This document shows, piece by piece, positions 57,420-64,000 of a DNA stretch of 64,000 bases. Source of the DNA: a virus. Taxonomy: Duplodnaviria > Caudoviricetes. Both the position numbers and the translations under genes were made by a program. Each line of letters begins with the position of its first letter. Within the stretch, counting starts at the first letter, position 1. The notes beneath the pieces were generated by a model. That model was not told the DNA's origin and did not search any database. It saw only the letters and a program-made list of their open reading frames with translations. Location: positions 13,284 through 77,283 of the IMG/VR virus record IMGVR_UViG_3300037067_006488; one strand, given 5' to 3'.

Positions 57420-58410
57420 AAACATATTTTTCTAAAAAACAACTCCCCCTACCCCTTTTTTATCCATTTTTTCCTTGCCCGCTACCATCCATTACCCCCT
57501 ATTGGGGATTCTTTGCCTGAAAGAGAGGGGGTATAACAGGCGTGGTAAAGCATACCAAGGATTGATCATGATATGGGGCGTGGGATTGTAAAGGATTTAT
57601 TGGAGTGGTTTACACTACGTTGCGAGGGGGGCGGGGTGCTTACCGAAAGTGAATCCAGGCGACCCACCCCCGTTCCTTTCTCCAATAAAATGAATTGATC
57701 TGTTAATCCGGGATGACAATACAATTATATATGCGCATTGCGCATGTGATTGATATACACATCACAAAGAAAAGGTAATGTTCATATTGTTTGCTTATAT
57801 CGTGCAATGTTGATATTAAACGTTTGTTTTTGTTCTACACTCATACATACAAACCACTTTGCAATCCGAAGTTATTGTAATACTGTTAATTGATAATTAA
57901 ATACTATTCTCATTATACAACAACAACAACAACAACACAGAACAAACAAACAAACAAGCTCCGCTACGCTACGCCCACGACCAGGTGACTGTCTATGTCT
58001 ATACCTTAAAGAGAATATCTTTGGTTTATTGTTGGCTTGCCTTTTATCCTTGTACCTCTATTATCCTTGTTCCCTATCCATATATTAGCCTCACACAAAC
58101 CGGATCATAACAAAGTAATATCCTTGCCTCACTTGCTTTAATCCTGTTTATACGTTGCCTGTTTTGCCTTACCTTATATATATGTATTGCAGGAATCAAT
58201 TTTAAAGCGTTTTGGATAACCGGATAATGTTATAGTCACACCTTATAAGGGTATATTAACCGGAAACGAGAAGATCATTCCGTTTTATTGTCGGTTTTTA
58301 GCTATCAATTTACCCTCTTTTTACCCTCAAATCCCTTTGAATCCCTTACCGCGCTAAGGATATAAATTATTTTCAAAAACATGACAAAAATCATATTATT
58401 ATTAACAGGG
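57420..58410. other. About 1 kb non-coding strand-switch region; candidate genome terminus or origin
   Basis: No credible ORF; G-run/C-run inverted element 57625-57672, palindromes, (CAA)n and (AAAC)n runs, repeated TATCCTTG. Confidence 0.45.
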
Positions 58411-58417
58411 AATTGTT

Positions 58418-58425
58418 TATATTTG
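58418..58425 (+). promoter_or_regulatory. -7 box of early promoter
   Basis: TATATTTG, 24 nt upstream of ATG 58450. Confidence 0.6.
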
Positions 58426-58449
58426 AATCATAATTTAAAACTTAATACA

Positions 58450-58749
58450 ATGAAAACACTAAAAAGAGAACCGGAGATTCTAATAGACTCCGCACATGGT
58501 ATTTATATACCTCAATACTTTGCCGAAGCTTATGGAACTCCTGATAACTTTTATAATTGGGGCGAAATAAAAGAGGATATTGATATTTTATTGTCGGGGC
58601 CTGATAATGAATTTTATTGGGATGCTTACGAAGATTTAATAAATAACGCAAAGCTAAAGACCACAGACAATAAAGAATCTTATTTATATACACATGAAGA
58701 CCTTTGGGCCGTGCCTGTTGATTATGATAATGAAGATTTTTTTGAATAA
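58450..58749 (+). CDS. Acidic early phage protein
   Basis: Start MKTLK at 58450; ILIDSAHGIYIPQ.F...GP.NE.YW...DLWA. Confidence 0.6.
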   Translation: MKTLKREPEILIDSAHGIYIPQYFAEAYGTPDNFYNWGEIKEDIDILLSGPDNEFYWDAYEDLINNAKLKTTDNKESYLYTHEDLWAVPVDYDNEDFFE

Positions 58750-58750
58750 A

Positions 58751-58802
58751 GACTAACTGAAGAGAGTTAAATACTCGAAACGGCTTCCGGGCCGTATTAG
58801 TC
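58751..58802 (+). ncRNA. Type I hammerhead ribozyme
   Basis: GACTAA-CTGAAGA-GAGT(taaat)ACTC-GAAA-CGGC(ttccgg)GCCG-TA-TTAGTC: full core, three perfect stems, GUA cleavage triplet. Confidence 0.92.
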
Positions 58803-58832
58803 AGATAATTATAAACTTTAATATTTAAAAAT

Positions 58833-59534
58833 ATGAAACGTACAATTAATTTTTTAGACGCCGATCGCAACAAAGTTGTTTTTAACTGCGAAATAACTAA
58901 CAGAAATGGGTATCCAGAATTTACCGCTTCTGGAGAATATTGTGGGGGCTTGGGCCAGGTATTCGACGAGGTAAAGCCAGCCACAGACAAACAAACCGAA
59001 CTTATTGAAGCTTGGCGTAAATATCGTTTGAACGGCATAAAGCCGGGGTTGCCTGAAGATTTTGAAAATTATATTAACGCCTTATTGGATGACATTGAAG
59101 GCGAAGAAGAAGACAGGAAAGGCGAACCGATAACAATTAATAACGAGACGCCGGAAGAAGTGTTTAAATTAATTGAAGACATTACAGGGTACACGGGCAG
59201 GGACGCCGAACTTTGCGCCGCTTTTATACAAATGTTTGACCTTTGCGAAAATGATTTACAGGATATTGAAATAGACGGAACAAGGTGCACCGTTCAGGGC
59301 ATTGATTATCTTGCGGGAACAGACGAGGAAATGGGCGAAGAATGGGACGGATACCTTGAACGTTATATAGATGAATGCTTGGAGATACCCGAACATATAG
59401 AACGTTATTTTGACCGCGAGGCGTGGAAAGAAGACGCCCGTTATGATGGCCGAGGTCATTCCCTTAATAGTTATGATGGCGGCGAAGAGTGCGCCGAAAT
59501 TAATGGTGTATATTATTACGCTTATAGACAATAA
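58833..59534 (+). CDS. Acidic protein with ArdA-like C-terminus (putative DNA-mimic antirestriction)
   Basis: Very Asp/Glu-rich; IPEHIERYFDREAW.EDAR.DG motif. Confidence 0.5.
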   Translation: MKRTINFLDADRNKVVFNCEITNRNGYPEFTASGEYCGGLGQVFDEVKPATDKQTELIEAWRKYRLNGIKPGLPEDFENYINALLDDIEGEEEDRKGEPITINNETPEEVFKLIEDITGYTGRDAELCAAFIQMFDLCENDLQDIEIDGTRCTVQGIDYLAGTDEEMGEEWDGYLERYIDECLEIPEHIERYFDREAWKEDARYDGRGHSLNSYDGGEECAEINGVYYYAYRQ

Positions 59535-59537
59535 GCC

Positions 59538-59726
59538 ATGAATAAAAACCTAAAAACCCAAATATGTACATACACCGGAGAGGTTAACGAACTTGTACGG
59601 CTATGTACGGGCAAAGAAGAGCAACCAGTAAAGGAAATATATCTTAATTGTTCAGAGGTATATTTTCTTGTCGGCCTGGATGCTATTAACGGCCCTTGTT
59701 TTATGGTAGAACAATATTTAAATTAA
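59538..59726 (+). CDS. Small early protein
   Basis: Intact ORF in early operon. Confidence 0.45.
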   Translation: MNKNLKTQICTYTGEVNELVRLCTGKEEQPVKEIYLNCSEVYFLVGLDAINGPCFMVEQYLN

Positions 59727-59765
59727 CCGTATTGGCAGCCCTCCGGGTTCGAGGCCCGGAACGGT
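59726..59765 (+). ncRNA. Compact T-loop-containing (tRNA-elbow-like) structured element
   Basis: ACCGT...TCCGGG-TTCGAGG-CCCGGA-ACGGT with a TGG-containing linker; intergenic. Confidence 0.5.
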
Positions 59766-59794
59766 GCAAAGATTATTAAACTTAAAACAATAAT

Positions 59795-60112
59795 ATGATC
59801 CTGAATCTAAATCATGCGATAACACGCAAATTAAACCGGACTGCCTATCTGTATAAAGGCAGGCTAAAAGGTGTGAAAATTACGCTTACACCGTACGAGA
59901 CACTATTATTTTCTATTGCGGGCACACGGCACAAAATAGAAATAGACCTTTCGCATTGCCTTAACCTGGCCGAAATACAAAACATAAACACCAAGTTTCA
60001 AACAGACCTTCAAGCATACAAAGAAGGCAGACGGAGACGGAGACCTAAAAGGGTGTTTTACCCTTATTCAGATGTATATTTAAAGAGTATTGAGACACTT
60101 AAACAATTATAA
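59795..60112 (+). CDS. Hypothetical basic protein
   Basis: Intact ORF after an A-rich leader. Confidence 0.55.
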   Translation: MILNLNHAITRKLNRTAYLYKGRLKGVKITLTPYETLLFSIAGTRHKIEIDLSHCLNLAEIQNINTKFQTDLQAYKEGRRRRRPKRVFYPYSDVYLKSIETLKQL

Positions 60113-60130
60113 AAACGTAAAAACAATTAA

Positions 60131-60547
60131 ATGAAACGACTATTTATAACGGCCGCCCTGATACCGTTTTACCTATCCTTCAGTATAGGTGAACCAACCA
60201 ACTTTAACAACAAGCCTAAACAGGATAAAAGCTATACAGAGTTTTTCTTGTCGGTGGCCTGGGTTGAAAGTAATTGGCGAACCTATGCTTTAGGCAAGGA
60301 TCAGGACGCCGGGATTGTGCAAATTACCCCGATTAGGCTAAAGGATTACAACCAACAAACCGGAAACAACTATACTATGCAAGACGTATATAATTTTCAG
60401 GTAAGTAAGGAGATATTTGATTTTTATTGTCGGGGTGTGGATTATGAAGTTGCTGCAAGGCGATGGAACGGTGGCCCAAACGGCATGAACAAAGAAAGCA
60501 CCGTAATATATTGGAACAAAGTTAAAGACGCATTATATAATAATTAA
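60131..60547 (+). CDS. Lysozyme-superfamily (SLT/i-type-like) muramidase with N-terminal signal or anchor
   Basis: VES catalytic Glu, AGIVQITP...DYN, ARRWNGGP.G. Confidence 0.7.
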   Translation: MKRLFITAALIPFYLSFSIGEPTNFNNKPKQDKSYTEFFLSVAWVESNWRTYALGKDQDAGIVQITPIRLKDYNQQTGNNYTMQDVYNFQVSKEIFDFYCRGVDYEVAARRWNGGPNGMNKESTVIYWNKVKDALYNN

Positions 60548-60559
60548 AATTTAAAAACA

Positions 60560-60853
60560 ATGAAAAAAAGAGAAATTCTTTATCCAGAACTGCCCCGCCG
60601 AGTATTTAGAAGCCCGTTAATTGAATATGCAAACTTTGCTGACGGGAGTTTTGTAAACTTGATACGCTTAATCAAGCCTTATGCAAATGGAGTTAAATAT
60701 GCTGTTTACGAAACAACTAAAAGCCCGTTTTGCTCAAACGGTTTATTTTCTACATACGATAATGCAAAAAATAAATTTGAACTAATGGTAAAAAATGGGA
60801 GCCATGAATCTAAGCTCATCAAAAGAGGCATAACAGGAAACTCAATAACATAA
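60560..60853 (+). CDS. Hypothetical early protein
   Basis: Intact ORF. Confidence 0.55.
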   Translation: MKKREILYPELPRRVFRSPLIEYANFADGSFVNLIRLIKPYANGVKYAVYETTKSPFCSNGLFSTYDNAKNKFELMVKNGSHESKLIKRGITGNSIT

Positions 60854-60872
60854 AACCAACAAACAAAACAAA

Positions 60873-61109
60873 ATGATAAGCACAACATACCTTAAACAAA
60901 TGAAATTCCGTTGCCTGCCTGACTTCTTTGAGCATATAACGCTAATGGCGGGACAGACTAAAGAAACTCATTACAGGCTGTATCTGAAAAGAATGAGCCG
61001 AGGCCAGCTCTTTAGGTTTGGTAAATATATTGAAAGCAATGCCGACAATATACCCATACCTGTACGGGAAGAAATAAATAACTTTGTATTAACTCTTAAA
61101 AAGGTGTAA
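60873..61109 (+). CDS. Hypothetical early protein
   Basis: Intact ORF. Confidence 0.5.
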   Translation: MISTTYLKQMKFRCLPDFFEHITLMAGQTKETHYRLYLKRMSRGQLFRFGKYIESNADNIPIPVREEINNFVLTLKKV

Positions 61110-61110
61110 T

Positions 61111-61209
61111 ATGATACTTACAAATGTTGAGATAGTAATAGCAATAGCCTTCGTATTATGTTTTGTTGCGGGGGCATGGGTTCTAAGAGAATACCCAAAA
61201 CAAGCCTGA
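61111..61209 (+). CDS. 32-aa single-TM peptide (not in track)
   Basis: MILTNVEIVIAIAFVLCFVAGAWVLREYPKQA; abuts both neighbours. Confidence 0.45.
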   Translation: MILTNVEIVIAIAFVLCFVAGAWVLREYPKQA

Positions 61210-61211
61210 AA

Positions 61212-61391
61212 ATGTTACTCTTTGTCTTGTATTGGATTGTTGTGGGGATGATAGCACACCTGTTGGATATATACCGCCCTAAACTCGAAGGAGAGAGTAT
61301 CTTCCCGTTAGGTAGGGCTGTTTTGTTTGGCCCGGTTGCCTTGTTCTCCGTCTTGCTGTTGTATTTCGGCGCGGGAAAGGACGAAGATTAA
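61212..61391 (+). CDS. Small 2-TM membrane protein
   Basis: Start MLLFVL at 61212, in frame with track ORF 61158-61391. Confidence 0.5.
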   Translation: MLLFVLYWIVVGMIAHLLDIYRPKLEGESIFPLGRAVLFGPVALFSVLLLYFGAGKDED

Positions 61392-61402
61392 AAGCTAAAA
61401 AC

Positions 61403-61437
61403 AAAGGGAGACTATCGTGGCCTCCCTTTTTTATTTT
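61403..61437. terminator. Bidirectional intrinsic terminator
   Basis: AAAGGGAG...CTCCCTTTTTT between converging genes. Confidence 0.8.
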
Positions 61438-61449
61438 ACTTGTATGCAA

Positions 61450-61956
61450 TTAGCAAACGCCATTCCTTTTAAGCACATCAACAACATAATCCTGATCTTT
61501 GTCCACAACGCTATTAGGGAAACGAATGACCTTATAACCTAAGGCAGTTAGGTATTTATCCCTTTTAGCATCTTTGGCTATATAATCACCCTTATAATGC
61601 TGTTGGCCGTCCACCTCTATAATAATATTATGAGAAGGCAAAAGGAAGTCTGTAATATAATAAAACCCTCCGAGATAAATAATATACTGAAAATCATAAT
61701 CAATTTGATGGGCATTAAGGATGTATTGCAACGCCACTTCTTGTTTTGTTGCGTTTATCCTTAAAAGCAAGGCCCTCTTCTCGGCTTGTTTCTTAACCAA
61801 TACATTTGGCTTTATATTAGCATTGGGGAGATAATTTGGGTTTTTGCCCTTCTTTCTCCTTTTCTTTTTCTTTCTGACCACCTCCATATCAAAATCGGAT
61901 GATATACCCATCCTTTTTTCAAGCCATTTAGTCTTATTTTTCCAATCTAACGCCAT
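61450..61956 (-). CDS. DUF559/Vsr-like endonuclease
   Basis: T..E..L, DF......IIEVDG.QH, D..RD..L...GYKVIRF.N. Confidence 0.85.
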   Translation of the reverse strand: MALDWKNKTKWLEKRMGISSDFDMEVVRKKKKRRKKGKNPNYLPNANIKPNVLVKKQAEKRALLLRINATKQEVALQYILNAHQIDYDFQYIIYLGGFYYITDFLLPSHNIIIEVDGQQHYKGDYIAKDAKRDKYLTALGYKVIRFPNSVVDKDQDYVVDVLKRNGVC

Positions 61957-62019
61957 ACCAAACTCATGTTAAGAAAAGCCTAACAAAAAAAAGTTACAAT
62001 CTTTAAAAGAGGGATACCG

Positions 62020-62793
62020 TTAGCTATTTATTGTAATCCTTGTCGGATACACAGTATATACTATTCCGTTATACCAAAACATATATGAATGCACTGGTTT
62101 TTCTATCTTGGAATATATATACTCGTAATAACTACAATTTCTATAACTAACACCACCAGGTTGCCACGTCCACATTAATTTATCGGATGTGTACTCCCTG
62201 AATCTCTTAAAATCAGATTGATTTATCCCGAACCTTAATTTAGCCTTGCGGGCCGATAAATACGTGTTTCCGTCAGCTACTTCACCGTTGGATCGCACAG
62301 CCTTATACATTTTGCGTAAACGCCTAATGCTTACACTTTTACGATCCCCCTCTTTTAATGATTTTAGGTCGAACTTACACTTAGCCACGTACCCTTGTTG
62401 TCTAACATACTTACATATAGCAACAGCCTTCATCTTATACACTATCTCTTTCAGGCTGTCTTTGTCTTCTATTTTTATTATGTATTTTCTCTTCTCGTTA
62501 AATAATCCCTTTGTGTTTTTTATAGAACACAATATAAGGTCTGTTTTGTTGTTTTGTTCGGACAGGTGTGCCATGTCCATATCAATAAGCATAGGAACAT
62601 ACTTACTTATAAGATATTCTGATGGTTTGCCTTGTTTTTGTAGTTTGCTGGCAGTTGATCTTGGGGAGTAATCGTATATACGGCTATTTTTAAAGCGTTT
62701 TTTGAGTTTATAATATAGGGCTATAGCTTTCATGCGAGCGTCATCTCTCGCACTTGCCTCTATCATCTTACAACAAACCCTATAATTAGCCAT
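62020..62793 (-). CDS. Basic DNA-binding protein, possible replication initiator
   Basis: Lys-rich, two possible HTH-like segments; preceded by a structured leader. Confidence 0.35.
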   Translation of the reverse strand: MANYRVCCKMIEASARDDARMKAIALYYKLKKRFKNSRIYDYSPRSTASKLQKQGKPSEYLISKYVPMLIDMDMAHLSEQNNKTDLILCSIKNTKGLFNEKRKYIIKIEDKDSLKEIVYKMKAVAICKYVRQQGYVAKCKFDLKSLKEGDRKSVSIRRLRKMYKAVRSNGEVADGNTYLSARKAKLRFGINQSDFKRFREYTSDKLMWTWQPGGVSYRNCSYYEYIYSKIEKPVHSYMFWYNGIVYTVYPTRITINS

Positions 62794-62801
62794 ACACTAC
62801 A

Positions 62802-62885
62802 AATAAAAAAGCTCCGGTACTGGTGTTGTGTATGGTGGATTGCAACGTCCGAGGATTTCCAGTAGCCGAAGCTTATACAAATATA
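62802..62885 (-). promoter_or_regulatory. -7 box plus long terminator-like 5' leader hairpin (attenuator-like)
   Basis: TATATTTG then AAGCTTCGGcTACTGG-35 nt-CCAGTACCGGAGCTT-TTTTATTT, 8 nt before ATG 62793. Confidence 0.6.
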
Positions 62886-62993
62886 GCTCTTTTGTTGCAA
62901 TTTACAATACACAACCCCCAAATATAAAACAAAAAATAATACCGTGTTTAGCATATTTTCAAACAAGAATTTGTTAATTATTTTGACGAAATA

Positions 62994-63025
62994 TTTGGAA
63001 ATGTAAAAAAGGTGTTTTAATTTTA
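62994..63025 (+). promoter_or_regulatory. Near-consensus Bacteroidota promoter
   Basis: TTTG-N20-TAATTTTA, same architecture as the 786-817 promoter. Confidence 0.55.
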
Positions 63026-63042
63026 AGGTAAAATTTAAAGCT

Positions 63043-63429
63043 ATGAAAAAGATAATGGTATTCTTTGCAGGCTTTCTTTTAATAGGCTGTTCTTCTCCCG
63101 AACCGCCCGATATGACAGGAACGTGGGAAGGATTCGCAGCAAGCACAATCAACTATACCGATCCTCTCTCTTTCGAGTTGTTACAACAGGGTTATTTGTT
63201 GTCGGGCACGGCATACATAATCAACACCCCTATTACTCAGGGTGTAGTATGTTCTGGAAGCAGGGTAGAAAAGGACAGCGTCTTTATCTTCGTGTTATTT
63301 CCTGGTTCTGCCGTTCAGATGTATTTTAGCGGCATTATCCGCAACGACTTTACCCTTATTACCGGGACATATACCCGAAATTACGGGAAGGGAGACATGA
63401 AAGAGAAGTTTATAGCATACAAACAATAA
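63043..63429 (+). CDS. Lipoprotein
   Basis: MKKIMVFFAGFLLIG|C lipobox; MTGTWEG beta-barrel-like start. Confidence 0.75.
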   Translation: MKKIMVFFAGFLLIGCSSPEPPDMTGTWEGFAASTINYTDPLSFELLQQGYLLSGTAYIINTPITQGVVCSGSRVEKDSVFIFVLFPGSAVQMYFSGIIRNDFTLITGTYTRNYGKGDMKEKFIAYKQ

Positions 63430-63447
63430 TTCTTAAATAAATAAAAC

Positions 63448-64000
63448 ATGAAAACGTACAAAGGATTTGACAAAGATTTAAAGTGCCGTGACTTCCAGTA
63501 TGAGATTGGTAAATCGTATGAAATGGATGGCAAAATAAAGGCTTGCGAAAGAGGATTCCATGCCTGTGAAAACCCACTTGATGTGTTTGATTATTATCCA
63601 CCTACTGAACGGTTCTGTGAAGTGGAGCAAGAGGGGGATATTGACAAGCATGACGCTGATACAAAAATTGCATCGTCAAAGATCACTATCAAGTCAGAGG
63701 TTAACTTGTTTGCATTGGTTAAGGTTGGTGTGGAATATATTCTGAGCAAGGTAGATTTCAAAGACGCAAAAGAATCCAACACCGGAGACTGGAGTGCAGC
63801 CACCAACACCGGAGACCAGAGTGCAGCCACCAACACCGGAGACCAGAGTGCAGCCACCAACACCGGATACCGGAGTGCAGCCACCAACACCGGATACCGG
63901 AGTGCAGCCACCAACACCGGAGACCGGAGTGCAGCCACCAACACCGGATACCGGAGTGCAGCCACCAACACCGGAGACCAGAGTGCAGCCACCAACACCG
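63448..64000 (+). CDS. Phage repeat protein (DUF7666-like), runs off the window end; not in track
   Basis: MKTYKGFDKDLKCRDFQYEIGKSYE...ACERGFHACENPLDVFDYY, followed by NTG..SAAT repeats; no stop before 64000. Confidence 0.8.
   Translation, partial: MKTYKGFDKDLKCRDFQYEIGKSYEMDGKIKACERGFHACENPLDVFDYYPPTERFCEVEQEGDIDKHDADTKIASSKITIKSEVNLFALVKVGVEYILSKVDFKDAKESNTGDWSAATNTGDQSAATNTGDQSAATNTGYRSAATNTGYRSAATNTGDRSAATNTGYRSAATNTGDQSAATNT
63778..64000 (+). repeat. 27-bp coding tandem repeat (8 full units plus a partial unit)
   Basis: AACACCGGA-(GAC/TAC)-(TGG/CAG/CGG)-AGTGCAGCCACC. Confidence 0.95.

Noticed and set aside
58442-59038. 198-aa minus-strand ORF and the many other short antisense ORFs in the track
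   Set aside because: They overlap better-supported genes on the opposite strand and have no recognisable motifs or leaders.
59052-59070. Second hammerhead (CTGAAGA...GAAA)
   Set aside because: Only 4 nt between the core halves, no stems I or III, and it lies within a coding region.
59726-59765. tRNA gene
   Set aside because: No anticodon arm, no proper D-stem, no 7-bp acceptor stem and no CCA; kept only as a tRNA-like element.
63594-63998. Track ORF on the minus strand (LVAALxSPV repeats)
   Set aside because: Antisense shadow of the plus-strand repeat gene starting at 63448.
63778-64000. Possible CRISPR array
   Set aside because: Units are contiguous 27-mers with no unique spacers, and they are in frame within a protein (NTGxxSAAT).
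1-64000. Stop-codon reassignment as in some crAss-like phages
   Set aside because: Long structural genes are intact under code 11 and TAA, TAG and TGA all end tightly packed ORFs.

Overview
A 64 kb stretch of a tailed dsDNA phage genome, probably a podovirus of a Bacteroidota host. Host evidence: TAnnTTTG/TTTG-N19-20 promoters, an Mpi-like invertase, a DUF3127-like SSB and Gln-rule signal peptides. Layout: (i) 1-9044 (+): replication, recombination and modification genes, including an HNH nuclease, exonuclease, DnaA-domain-IV protein, RlmN-like radical SAM enzyme, RuvC, a methyltransferase and a glycosyltransferase-like gene. (ii) 9089-57372 (-): read in transcription order, HTH regulators, serine invertase, RNA ligase, phosphoesterase, primase, TerL, portal, scaffold, major capsid, four tail-ring proteins, muzzle, three ejection proteins, a nine-gene block where tail fibres normally sit, and a lysis region interrupted by an orphan TnpB. 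(iii) About 57420-58400: non-coding strand switch, possibly the genome end or origin. (iv) 58450-61391 (+): small early genes, with a complete type I hammerhead ribozyme and a tRNA-elbow-like element in the spacers. (v) 61450-64000: two (-) genes, a lipoprotein and a 9-aa-repeat protein running off the window. The main anomaly is the fibre block (12696-24896). Seven of its nine genes start with Sec-type signal peptides, six with Gln at +1. Three of them are densely packed with the Bacteroidota O-glycosylation sequon D(S/T)(A/I/L/V/M/T). No signal-less fibre gene is seen in the window. This suggests receptor-binding or depolymerase proteins that are exported, matured and glycosylated in the host periplasm. 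No DNA polymerase, helicase, integrase, reverse transcriptase, tRNA or CRISPR array was seen. All family assignments are by-eye motif recognition, not database searches.
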